Assembly: GCA_963708725.1 (NCBI GenBank)
Contig: CAVPTL010000006.1
Span: 96,226 to 160,225, forward strand
Direction: 5' to 3'
Length of the DNA stretch: 64,000 nt
Source: an uncultured Actinomycetes bacterium
GTDB taxonomy: Bacteria; Actinomycetota; Thermoleophilia; Gaiellales; JAICJC01
The notes beneath the pieces are model-generated. The model did no database searches. It was not told where the DNA came from and was given only the letters and a program-made list of their open reading frames with translations. Of this stretch, positions 34,608 through 42,833 are shown piece after piece. Position numbers and translations under genes: made by a program. The stretch's first letter is position 1, and the number at the start of each line of letters is the position of its first letter.

Positions 34608-35812
34608 ACTCGACCTACGAACGGGCGGTGGCGCTGTTCAACACTCAGCGCTACGCAGACGCCGAACTCGAGCTTCGCCGGGTGATCGGCGACATGCCCG
34701 GTCACCTGCGGGCAAACGCGCTTTTGTCGCAGACGCTTGGGCGGCTCGGGCGTCACCAGGAGGCGATCGAGCAGGGACGGGTGGCGGTCGGCTGCGATCC
34801 CCAGCAGGCCGTCGGCTATTACGTGCTCGGCCTCGCGCTGGTGGCGGTGTATCGCGATCTCGAGGGGCTCGAAGTGCTCGATCGTGCGCTTGCGATCTCT
34901 CCGGCGATGGCGGCGACGTGGTCGGTGCGCGCGCTCGCAGAGCTCCACCTCAAGCGCTTCGACGAGGCGCTGGCACACGCTCAACACGCGCTCGGTCTCG
35001 ACCCGCGCAACCGCACCGCCGCGAGGGTGCAGGGCATGGCGTTGCGGGGTCTTGGCCGAAACGATGAGTCGGCCGCGGCAATCTCCGACGCTCTCGGGCA
35101 GGAACCCAACGATGCCCTCTCACACGAGTCGCTTGCCCGTACCCACCTTGCCAACCACGAGTACGAGGCGTCGCGGGATGCGTTTCGCGAGGCGCTGCGG
35201 CTCAACCCGCAGTCGAACAGCGCGCGTACCGGGCTGCGCGCGACCCTGCTTGCAAACCACCTCGCGTATCGGCTCTTGCTTCGCTACAACATGTGGTTCG
35301 CGCGCCGGTCGGATCGCGCGAAAAAGGCCGTGTCCTTTACGTCGCTGGTGTCACTGTTTTTGGTCACCCAGATCACCGCGCTTGCCCCGGCAACTCATGC
35401 GCTGATCGTGGTTGCGGCGGTGCTGCTGACGGGGCTCGTGTGGATGTCGCCGACGTGGAGTGCGCTGGTGTTGATGGCCGACCGGTTCGGCCGCGAGGTC
35501 ACGACCCAGCGGGAGCGGTGCGAGGCCATTGGCCTGGCCGCCGTGCTCGTGTGCGCGACGGTGTTCGCATTCTGGGGCGCCCTCACGCAACATCTAAGCG
35601 CTCTCCAGCTGCTGCCGTTTGTGATCGCCGGTTCGGTGGTGATCGTGAAGCGGCTTCGCATCCGGGAGTCGAAGCGGGTGCTCGCTACCCGGTGTCCACG
35701 GTCGAGGTGGCGGCTCATCGCCCACGCGCCGTCCGTCCAGTTGGACATCACCGTGTGGGTGGTGTGCGTCTCGGGGTTGTGGACGCTCCGAAACGAGACT
35801 CCCGGGTCGTAG
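34604..35812 (+). CDS. TPR-repeat protein with C-terminal multi-pass membrane domain
   Basis: The ATG overlaps the AAA gene stop (ATGA at 34604-07). About 6 TPR-like repeats (aa 1-215) are followed by 4 predicted TM helices. The last ~40 aa are antisense to the conserved part of gene 35395..36687. Confidence 0.7.
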   Translation: MNSTYERAVALFNTQRYADAELELRRVIGDMPGHLRANALLSQTLGRLGRHQEAIEQGRVAVGCDPQQAVGYYVLGLALVAVYRDLEGLEVLDRALAISPAMAATWSVRALAELHLKRFDEALAHAQHALGLDPRNRTAARVQGMALRGLGRNDESAAAISDALGQEPNDALSHESLARTHLANHEYEASRDAFREALRLNPQSNSARTGLRATLLANHLAYRLLLRYNMWFARRSDRAKKAVSFTSLVSLFLVTQITALAPATHALIVVAAVLLTGLVWMSPTWSALVLMADRFGREVTTQRERCEAIGLAAVLVCATVFAFWGALTQHLSALQLLPFVIAGSVVIVKRLRIRESKRVLATRCPRSRWRLIAHAPSVQLDITVWVVCVSGLWTLRNETPGS

Positions 35813-36687
35813 CCTTCGAGCTCGACACCCCTGTTCGACCTGTTCAGCCAGAACCCGAGGCCGTAGCGTCTCGATTCGCTCGGCACGTCACTGCGCGGCC
35901 GGGTCATCTCGGTCACCCAACGTTCCGACACGATGCTCGCGTCGAAAAACGCGATCCACAAGGCGTGGATGTCCGCCAGCGTCGAGTAGATGCCGCCGTC
36001 GCCGCTGCCTCGGACGGGGAGATGAAACACGTTGGTGCGCTGCCCGTCGGCTGTGATGTAGCCAACCGCTGCCCGCCCCGGTAGGTCGTCGGATCGCAGA
36101 AACACGGTGTCGACCATTCCCGCCCGCGCGAGCACCTCTCGCCGCACCAGCTCGTGAAACGGAGTTGCGGTCGTGCGTTCGGCGATCAGCGCGAGCACCA
36201 CGTAGCCGCTGTTGCAGTACTCGAACCGCTCACCGGGGGCAAACTTGGTCTCAAAGCCGCCGAGCACGCGCAGGTAGTCCTCGGTGTCGGCCAGCTCTTG
36301 CACAGGAACCGGCATCGCGTAGGCGGTGATATCGGAAGCCGTGTTCTCGTCGAGGTAGTCGCCGATGCCCGATCGGTGTGACAGCAGGTGCTCGACGGTC
36401 ACGTCATCTCGGATCAACGGCAGGTCGGGGCCGAGCGCCGAGCGCGCGGTCGTCGTCAGCTCGAGCGCGCCGGCCTCGATCAGCCGCACGACCGTGAGCG
36501 CGGTCAGGCCCTTGGTGCCGCTGGCGAGCGCGAACTGGGTATCGATCGTGTTGGGGATCTGGTGTCGGCGATCGGCGAATCCGTACGCCCTGGCACTCTC
36601 GATCCGGCCGTCGCGATCGACGCGCACCGCCCCCGAGAATCGCTCCCGTTCGGCAACCGTGTCGAGGTCGTGCTCCATGACGGGCAA
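35395..36687 (-). CDS. Serine hydrolase, beta-lactamase (class C/PBP4*-like) family, with unexplained ~95-aa 3' extension
   Basis: ..FALASGTKGLTALTV.. is the SxxK motif. ..HLLSHRSGI.. and ..YCNSGYVVLA.. are also present. The conserved region ends near 35690 (..SNWTDGAWAMSRHL). The ORF continues to 35395, antisense to the TPR-membrane gene. Confidence 0.8.
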   Translation of the reverse strand: MPVMEHDLDTVAERERFSGAVRVDRDGRIESARAYGFADRRHQIPNTIDTQFALASGTKGLTALTVVRLIEAGALELTTTARSALGPDLPLIRDDVTVEHLLSHRSGIGDYLDENTASDITAYAMPVPVQELADTEDYLRVLGGFETKFAPGERFEYCNSGYVVLALIAERTTATPFHELVRREVLARAGMVDTVFLRSDDLPGRAAVGYITADGQRTNVFHLPVRGSGDGGIYSTLADIHALWIAFFDASIVSERWVTEMTRPRSDVPSESRRYGLGFWLNRSNRGVELEGYDPGVSFRSVHNPETHTTHTVMSNWTDGAWAMSRHLDRGHRVASTRFDSRMRSRFTITTEPAITNGSSWRALRCCVRAPQNANTVAHTSTAARPMASHRSRWVVTSRPNRSAINTSALHVGDIHTSPVSSTAATTISA

Positions 36688-36719
36688 TGCTACGCGACGG
36701 TGCTACCGTGACCGGCGTG

Positions 36720-37559
36720 ATGGAGAGCCCTGCATGGGAGTGGGACGAGACGCTGTTTGCCGGAAGCGCCGCCTACTACGCTCGCGGTCGCCTTCCCTAC
36801 CCGCCGACGATGGTGGATGCAGCCCGCGACGCGCTGGGACTCGACGGGTCCGGGCGGCTGTTGGACGTCGGCTGTGGCCCGGGGCTGGTGGGCCTGCTGC
36901 TGGCCGGGTTGTTCGCCGAGGTGGTGGGGGTGGACGCTGACCCCGCGATGGTCGCCGAAGCCGAGCACCAAGCCGCGATCCGCGGGCTCGCGCACACCCG
37001 TTGGCTCAATCTCCGGGCCGAGGCGCTGCCGGCGGGCCTCGGGACGTTTCGGGTTGCGAGCTTTGGCCGGTCGTTTCACTGGATGGATCGTCCCCGCGTG
37101 GCGGCGTTGGTGGGCGAGATGCTGGAGCCTGGTGGCGCATGGCTGCATGTGAGCGCCCCGATCGCGCGCGAGGCCGACCCCTCCGACAAGTTGCCGGCGC
37201 CGGCACCGCCGCGCGAGGCGATCTCCGAGCTCGTTCGGGGCTACCTCGGCCCCGACCGGCGGGCGGGCCAGGGAGTGCTTCCCGGCGGAACGCGGTCTGG
37301 GGAGGAGGGCGTGATGGTGAAGGCCGGTTTCAAGGGGCCCAAACGCGTGCCGGCGGGAGGTGGCGAGGTTTTCGACCGCTCCGAAGACGACATCGTGGCA
37401 CTCGTGTTTTCGCTCTCCTCGTCGGCGCCCCACCTGTTTGGCGAGCGTCTCGGTGAGTTCGAAGCCGACCTTCGCAAGCTCCTGCGCCTGACCTCACCGT
37501 CCGGCCGCTTCAGCGAACGCCAACGCCCCATCGAACTGGTCATCTGGACCCGTGAATAA
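36720..37559 (+). CDS. Class I SAM-dependent methyltransferase
   Basis: ..RLLDVGCGPGLVGLLLAGLFAEVVGVDADPAMV.. is SAM motif I. Start set at ATG 36720 (MESPAWEW). The last two codons and the TAA stop lie inside a REP copy. Confidence 0.75.
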   Translation: MESPAWEWDETLFAGSAAYYARGRLPYPPTMVDAARDALGLDGSGRLLDVGCGPGLVGLLLAGLFAEVVGVDADPAMVAEAEHQAAIRGLAHTRWLNLRAEALPAGLGTFRVASFGRSFHWMDRPRVAALVGEMLEPGGAWLHVSAPIAREADPSDKLPAPAPPREAISELVRGYLGPDRRAGQGVLPGGTRSGEEGVMVKAGFKGPKRVPAGGGEVFDRSEDDIVALVFSLSSSAPHLFGERLGEFEADLRKLLRLTSPSGRFSERQRPIELVIWTRE

Positions 37560-37584
37560 ATGGTGCCTGGCACCATTTATTCAG
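37552..37584. repeat. REP-like palindromic element, 33-nt subfamily (centre T)
   Basis: GTGAATAAATGGTGCCTGGCACCATTTATTCAG. The last base is G instead of C. It lies between the convergent gene ends at 37559 and 37660. Confidence 0.9.
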
Positions 37585-37659
37585 AGCGGGGCGAGGTCGG
37601 CGACGACGGTCATGCGAACTGCCACTCTCGTCGCCGCCGCCAACCTCGCCACGATCGGG

Positions 37660-38736
37660 TTACGGGCGCGCCTCGAACACGAGGTTGAAGGGCGTCTCGG
37701 CCGCGATCCGGAAGCGAGTGAACCCGCCGGCCGAAACGACGTCGCGGATCCGTGCCGGCCCCGCCTGCGCCCCCAACGCCAGCCCGACCTCCTGCGACAG
37801 CGACGCGGGCGTGCACAGCAACGTGGAGAAGCCGTAATACGCCCGGCCAACCGGGTTGAGATTGTCCTCGACACGGTCGCCCGCTTTGGGCTCGACGATC
37901 ATCCAGGTGCCGTCGTCGGCGATCGCCTGGCGGACGCGCTTGGCGGCCCCGACCGGGTCGCCCATGTCGTGCAGGCAGTCGAACATCGTCACCAGGTCAT
38001 AGCCCTCGGCAGGGATGTCTGCGGCCGCCAGCGCATCGAACCGCACGCGGTCGGAGACGCCGGCCGCGGCCGCCCGCTCGCGCGCCGTGTCGATCGAGCC
38101 CTGGTGGTAGTCGGTGCCGACGAACGTCGACCGTGGGTAGGCCTCAGCCATGAGAATCGTGGAGGATCCATGTCCGCAGCCGATATCCGCGACCTTCGCG
38201 CCCTGCTCGAGCTTGGTGGTGACACCGGTGAGGGCGGGCAGCCACGCCGGCATCAGGTTGGCGTTATAGCCCGGCCGGAAGAACCGCTCCGTCCCATCGA
38301 ACACATCGTGGTTGTGCTCGTGCCAGCCCACGCCGTCGCCATTCCGGGCCGATTCGACGATCCGAGGTGAGTCGATGACCGACCCCAGCGCGATCTGAAA
38401 GAACCCCGGCAGATAGGCCGGGCTGTTCTCGTCGGTGAGCGCCACCGTCTGCTCGGGCGGCAGCGTGTAGGTACCGGCGGCGGGGTCGTACTCGACATAC
38501 CCGCCCGCGGCCTGGGCGTTGAGCCATTCACGCACGTACCGCTCGTTCGCTCCCGCCCGTCGCGCGAGCTCCACCGGGGTCAGGCCGCCTGCACCGGCCA
38601 TCGCCTTGTACAGGCCGAGCTTGTCGCCCATCACCACCAGCGCGGTGTTGAGCGTCGCGCCGACTTCGGATACCGCGCCGAAGACGAACGCCTGGAGCTT
38701 TTCCCCGTCGACCGGAGTTTCGGTTGTCGCCATCAC
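37660..38736 (-). CDS. SAM-dependent methyltransferase with N-terminal winged-helix domain (Rv2258c-like)
   Basis: 358 aa. ..VADIGCGHGSSTILMAEAYPRSTFVGTDYH.. is SAM motif I. The N-terminal ~100 aa are a helical dimerisation/wHTH-like domain. Confidence 0.8.
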   Translation of the reverse strand: MMATTETPVDGEKLQAFVFGAVSEVGATLNTALVVMGDKLGLYKAMAGAGGLTPVELARRAGANERYVREWLNAQAAGGYVEYDPAAGTYTLPPEQTVALTDENSPAYLPGFFQIALGSVIDSPRIVESARNGDGVGWHEHNHDVFDGTERFFRPGYNANLMPAWLPALTGVTTKLEQGAKVADIGCGHGSSTILMAEAYPRSTFVGTDYHQGSIDTARERAAAAGVSDRVRFDALAAADIPAEGYDLVTMFDCLHDMGDPVGAAKRVRQAIADDGTWMIVEPKAGDRVEDNLNPVGRAYYGFSTLLCTPASLSQEVGLALGAQAGPARIRDVVSAGGFTRFRIAAETPFNLVFEARP

Positions 38737-38769
38737 ACTCTCCTCTGTTATTGGACGATACGACGGTAG

Positions 38770-41547
38770 GTGGGCGAATCTCCGTTCGCCTCAGGGGGCC
38801 CCCTGGTCCGTCACACTGTGCAGATGCTGCTCGGCCGCGAACAGGAACGACTTGCCATCGACCGTGTGCTCACCGACGCCCGAGCGGGGCGAAGCGGGGT
38901 GCTCGCGCTGGTGGGGGAGCCGGGCATCGGCAAGACCGCACTTTTGGAGCACGCGGTCACGAGCGCCGAGGGGATGCAGGTGCTCCGCGCACGCGGCGTG
39001 GAATCCGAGGCCGAGGTGCCGTTCGCAAGCCTCGCGGAGCTGCTGCGGCCCGCGCTCGCCGGCATCGATCGGATCCCGGCGCCACAGGCCAGGGCGCTTT
39101 CGGGGGCGCTCGCGCTCAGTCCTGCGACGGCGCTTGACCGGTTCGCCATCGGGGCGGCGACGCTCAGCCTGATCTCCGCCTACGCGGATGAGCGGCCGGT
39201 GCTCCTCGTGATCGACGACGCCCACCTGCTCGATCGCTCGAGCGCTGCCGCCCTGCTGTTTGCATTCAGGCGGCTGATCGACGACCCGATCGCGGTGGTG
39301 CTGGCGATCAGAGAGGGTGAGCCCTCGTTGCTGGACGGCGCCGATCTGCGGATTCTGCGGCTCGCGGGCCTCAGCCGCCTACAGGCTGGAGAACTGCTCG
39401 GGAGCCTTCCCGCAGACAGTGTCGACCGCGTTTTTCGCGCCACCGGCGGCAATCCGCTGGCGCTGCTGGAGCTGGCCGACGACGCCGAGGCGATGGTCGA
39501 CGAACCGGTCGTCGCCCCTGCGCCGCTTTCCACCAGTCTCACGATGGCGTTCAGCCGACGGCTGGAACGCTTGCCCGATGCGACCCGCCGGATGCTGCTG
39601 GTGGCGGCCGCCGGCGACTCGCGCGACCTCGCGGTGCTGGCCCGCGCCGCCGGTCAAGTGGGCGTCGGCGTCGAGGATCTGTCCGCCGCCGAGGACGCGG
39701 GGTTGATCGAGCTCTCCGACGGCGGGGCCGGCTTCACCCACCCGCTGATCCGGGCTGCGGCGTATGCGGGTGCGAGTGCGCCGGAGCGCCGCGAAGCCCA
39801 TGCGGCGCTCGCCGCTGCCTTACCCGATCAGGAGCTTGATCGCCGCTCCTGGCACCTGGCAGCGGCGGCCGTCGGTCCCGACGACGGCGTCTCGGCCGCT
39901 CTCGAGGCGGCCGGTCAGCGCGCACAGGATCGCAGTGCCTACGCCGTTGCCGCCGGTGCCTACGAGCACGCCGCCAGGCTCGCGATCGCCGACGACTCCC
40001 GCGCCCGGCTGCTGTGCGACGCCGCGGACGCGGCATGGCTGGCCGGCGACGCGGTTCGCACGTGGCGGCTGTTGGATGATGCCCGGCTCCAGACCTCCGA
40101 CCCGCGGTTGCTCGCTCGCGCTGATCAGCTGCGCGGTCATCTGCTTCTGCGCCGCGGCCCGGTGTCGGAGGGCTATCCGCTGCTGGCCGAGGCCGCCGAG
40201 CGGGTCGCGGCGGTCGATCCCGAGCGGGCCGTGGTGATGCTGGCCGAATCGGTGTTTGGAGCCTTCTACGCCGGGCACACCGCGGCGATGGTCACCGCCG
40301 CCGAGCGGGCGGCCGAGATCCGGGCGACCACCGACTCAGACCGGGCCGCATTCTTCGCCGAAATGGCCGCCGCCATGGCGATGGTCGGGCAGGGCCGGGG
40401 TGAGGACGGTGCCGCCCATGCGCGCCGGGCCGACGTCATCCTCCAGGCATCCGGTCAACTTCGGGACGATCCTCGGCTGGTGATGTGGGCCACGTTCCCG
40501 TCGATGTGGCTGCGCGAGGCAGGAGGTGTGCGAGACCCGATCGAGCGCGCGTCCGAGCAGGCTCGGGCGCGCGGAGCCGCCGGCAGTCTTCCGGTGCTGC
40601 TGCATTTGCTCGCGCGCGACGAAGCAACGACCGATCGGTGGCCGGCCGCGACCGCGAACTTCGCCGAGGCGATCGAGCTTGCCGACGAGCTTGGTCAGCG
40701 CTCCGAACTTGCGGTCGCGCTCGCTGGCGTTGCGTGGCTCGAGGCCCGTCAAGGACGTGAACAGGACTGCCGCCGGCATGCGGATCAGGCCGTGGCGCTT
40801 TGCGACGAGCTCGGCATGGGCACGTTCGGGGTTTGGGCAGTGCAGGCGCTCGGTGATCTCGAGCTCGGGCTCGGGCGACCGTCCGACTCGGTGATCCATC
40901 ACGAGGCCCAGGTCGCCGCGATGCGTGACCGAGCCATCGCCGACGTCGATCTTTCACCGGCCCCCGAGCTTGTCGATGCCTATCTGCGGCTCGGCGACCG
41001 GCGGCGGGCGGACGAGGTGACGGCGCAGTACGTTGCCGCCGCCGAGGCCAAGGGGCAGCCCTGGGCGCTTGCCCGCGCTGCCCGCTGCCGCGGCATGATC
41101 GCGGTGGACGACAGCTGGGAGCGGGCGTTCGCAGAGGCGCTCGAGCTTCACGAACGCGGTCTCGACGTGTTCGAACACGCCCGCACCAGGCTGGCGCTCG
41201 GCGCGCGGCTTCGTCGCGAAAAGCAGCGATCCCGAAGCCGCGCCGAGCTTCGCCTCGCGCTCGAGACGTTCGAGCGGCTGGGAGCCGACCCGTGGGCCGA
41301 GCAGGCTCGAGTCGAGCTGGCCGCCACCGGCGAGCACGCCCGGCGCCGCGACCCCAGTACGCTCGACGACCTCACGCCGCAGGAGTTCCAGATCGCGCGG
41401 CTGCTGGCCGGGGGAATGACCACGCGGGAGGCGGCAGCGGCCGCCTTCCTCAGCCCCAAAACCGTTGAGTACCACCTGCGAAATACCTACCGAAAGCTCG
41501 GCATCCGCACCCGGGACGACCTCGCAGCGGCGCTGCGCGACCAGTGA
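38770..41547 (+). CDS. Large ATP-binding LuxR-family regulator (LAL type)
   Basis: N-terminus ..[31 protein letters not shown] (Walker A), a long helical/TPR-like middle, and a C-terminal LuxR HTH LTPQEFQIARLLAGGMTTREAAAAAFLSPKTVEYHLRNTYRKLGI. An alternative start lies at 38824. Confidence 0.85.
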   Translation: MGESPFASGGPLVRHTVQMLLGREQERLAIDRVLTDARAGRSGVLALVGEPGIGKTALLEHAVTSAEGMQVLRARGVESEAEVPFASLAELLRPALAGIDRIPAPQARALSGALALSPATALDRFAIGAATLSLISAYADERPVLLVIDDAHLLDRSSAAALLFAFRRLIDDPIAVVLAIREGEPSLLDGADLRILRLAGLSRLQAGELLGSLPADSVDRVFRATGGNPLALLELADDAEAMVDEPVVAPAPLSTSLTMAFSRRLERLPDATRRMLLVAAAGDSRDLAVLARAAGQVGVGVEDLSAAEDAGLIELSDGGAGFTHPLIRAAAYAGASAPERREAHAALAAALPDQELDRRSWHLAAAAVGPDDGVSAALEAAGQRAQDRSAYAVAAGAYEHAARLAIADDSRARLLCDAADAAWLAGDAVRTWRLLDDARLQTSDPRLLARADQLRGHLLLRRGPVSEGYPLLAEAAERVAAVDPERAVVMLAESVFGAFYAGHTAAMVTAAERAAEIRATTDSDRAAFFAEMAAAMAMVGQGRGEDGAAHARRADVILQASGQLRDDPRLVMWATFPSMWLREAGGVRDPIERASEQARARGAAGSLPVLLHLLARDEATTDRWPAATANFAEAIELADELGQRSELAVALAGVAWLEARQGREQDCRRHADQAVALCDELGMGTFGVWAVQALGDLELGLGRPSDSVIHHEAQVAAMRDRAIADVDLSPAPELVDAYLRLGDRRRADEVTAQYVAAAEAKGQPWALARAARCRGMIAVDDSWERAFAEALELHERGLDVFEHARTRLALGARLRREKQRSRSRAELRLALETFERLGADPWAEQARVELAATGEHARRRDPSTLDDLTPQEFQIARLLAGGMTTREAAAAAFLSPKTVEYHLRNTYRKLGIRTRDDLAAALRDQ

Positions 41548-41554
41548 ACCGGTC

Positions 41555-42346
41555 TTAGAGCCGATCCCAGGGCACGTCGGTGTACAGCCGTTGGAGCCGC
41601 GACATCAGGTCTCCGTCCACGGGCACGTCGACGGCGTCGATTCGACCGACGGGCGCGATACCGCGGGCGTTGGTGATGATCGCCGCCTCACATCCTGCGA
41701 TGTCCGAGAGCCTGACCGGCCCGCGGCGGGTCGGGATACCCGCTGCCGCGAGGCGCGGCTCGAGCAGCTGCATCGTGATCCCCCGAAGCGCCGGGGCGTC
41801 AGGCCATATGAGTTCCCCTTCGAGCATGAATCCGACGTTGGCGACGCTGGCCTCGGAGATCACACCGTCGTTGTCGGTGAAGAGCGCGTCGTCGAAGCCC
41901 GCGTGGCGCGCCATCCGGGCGTGGTGTCCCTGCCCGAAGCCGCCGAGGTGCTTCACATGGGCGAGCGTGCGTTGGTAGGTCACCGATTGAAGCGCCTGGG
42001 GGGTATTCGAGACGCCGCCGGGGGGCCGCAGCGTGACCATCACCCAAAGCTCGCCCGGGCGGTGCGATTGGTACACCATTACTCGAAGCGAAGCGTCTCG
42101 AACATCTCGGAGCGCGTGGCGGGCGGCATGACAAACGCGCTTGCCGTCGAGCCCGACCCCGAACAGCTCGCGCGAGCCCTCGTCCAAGCGCGCCAGGTGG
42201 GCATCGAGACCGCGCACCCGCGCGTCGCGCACCTGCATGGCGGTGAAGTGGCCGCCGTTTGCCAGCGCGATTTGCTGCAGCGCCTCCAACGTCGGCGGCC
42301 GCTGGTCGATCTCGATCCGAAAGACGCCGTGCGCCGCCACTATCAC
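41555..42346 (-). CDS. Aminotransferase class IV family protein
   Basis: 263 aa. ..LDAHLARLDEGSRELFG.., ..VKHLGGFGQ.. and ..LRGITMQLL.. resemble fold-type IV PLP enzymes. This is a motif-level call. Confidence 0.65.
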   Translation of the reverse strand: MIVAAHGVFRIEIDQRPPTLEALQQIALANGGHFTAMQVRDARVRGLDAHLARLDEGSRELFGVGLDGKRVCHAARHALRDVRDASLRVMVYQSHRPGELWVMVTLRPPGGVSNTPQALQSVTYQRTLAHVKHLGGFGQGHHARMARHAGFDDALFTDNDGVISEASVANVGFMLEGELIWPDAPALRGITMQLLEPRLAAAGIPTRRGPVRLSDIAGCEAAIITNARGIAPVGRIDAVDVPVDGDLMSRLQRLYTDVPWDRL

Positions 42347-42349
42347 TCC

Positions 42350-42832
42350 CTATCTGAGGATCTCGACCAGCAATACCCACGCGTCCACGATGCCGGCGAA
42401 CAGGCAGAGGAGGGTGCCGGCCGCCACCCAGTCAAGGCCGCTGCTGTTGCCCCCGGCCAAGAGCAGGCCGGCCACCACCGTGGGGGCAACCGCCACCAGC
42501 GCGATTGGCCGCATGGCGACTTCCTTGAACTCGCGCTCGCGGTCGTCGTCCGGCGCTCCGCGCAGTACCTGGATGACGATCCCGGCCGCGCCCACGCCGA
42601 TCACGAGGTACTCGAGCCCGAGGGTGCGCAGCCCCTGGGTCGGTACCAGCGCTGTCAGCCCGGTGAACACCGGCAGCACCATCAGCGTGATCGCCTCGGC
42701 GGCACGGCCCGGCAAACCGGGCATCGAGATGATCTTCTCGAGATTGATCGAGAGCGCCACCACCACCAGGCCGGCGAGCGCCGCGAACGCCCCGGTCTGC
42801 GCGACGAAGAATGATTCCCACTCGCCGATCAC
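42350..42832 (-). CDS. Hypothetical four/five-helix membrane protein
   Basis: 160-aa hydrophobic ORF tightly packed between neighbouring genes (gaps of 3 and 1 nt). No family recognised. Confidence 0.5.
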   Translation of the reverse strand: MIGEWESFFVAQTGAFAALAGLVVVALSINLEKIISMPGLPGRAAEAITLMVLPVFTGLTALVPTQGLRTLGLEYLVIGVGAAGIVIQVLRGAPDDDREREFKEVAMRPIALVAVAPTVVAGLLLAGGNSSGLDWVAAGTLLCLFAGIVDAWVLLVEILR

Positions 42833-42833
42833 C

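Noticed and set aside
37552-38370. ORFs beginning or ending with NKWCLAPFI-type peptides (e.g. 37552..38370, 18740..18958, 19135..19689, and the N-termini MPGTVIH.. of 57822..59120 and 59110..59796)
   Set aside because: The shared peptide is simply the translation of the palindromic REP element. The ORFs otherwise run antisense to or upstream of real genes, and the true starts lie downstream of the repeat.
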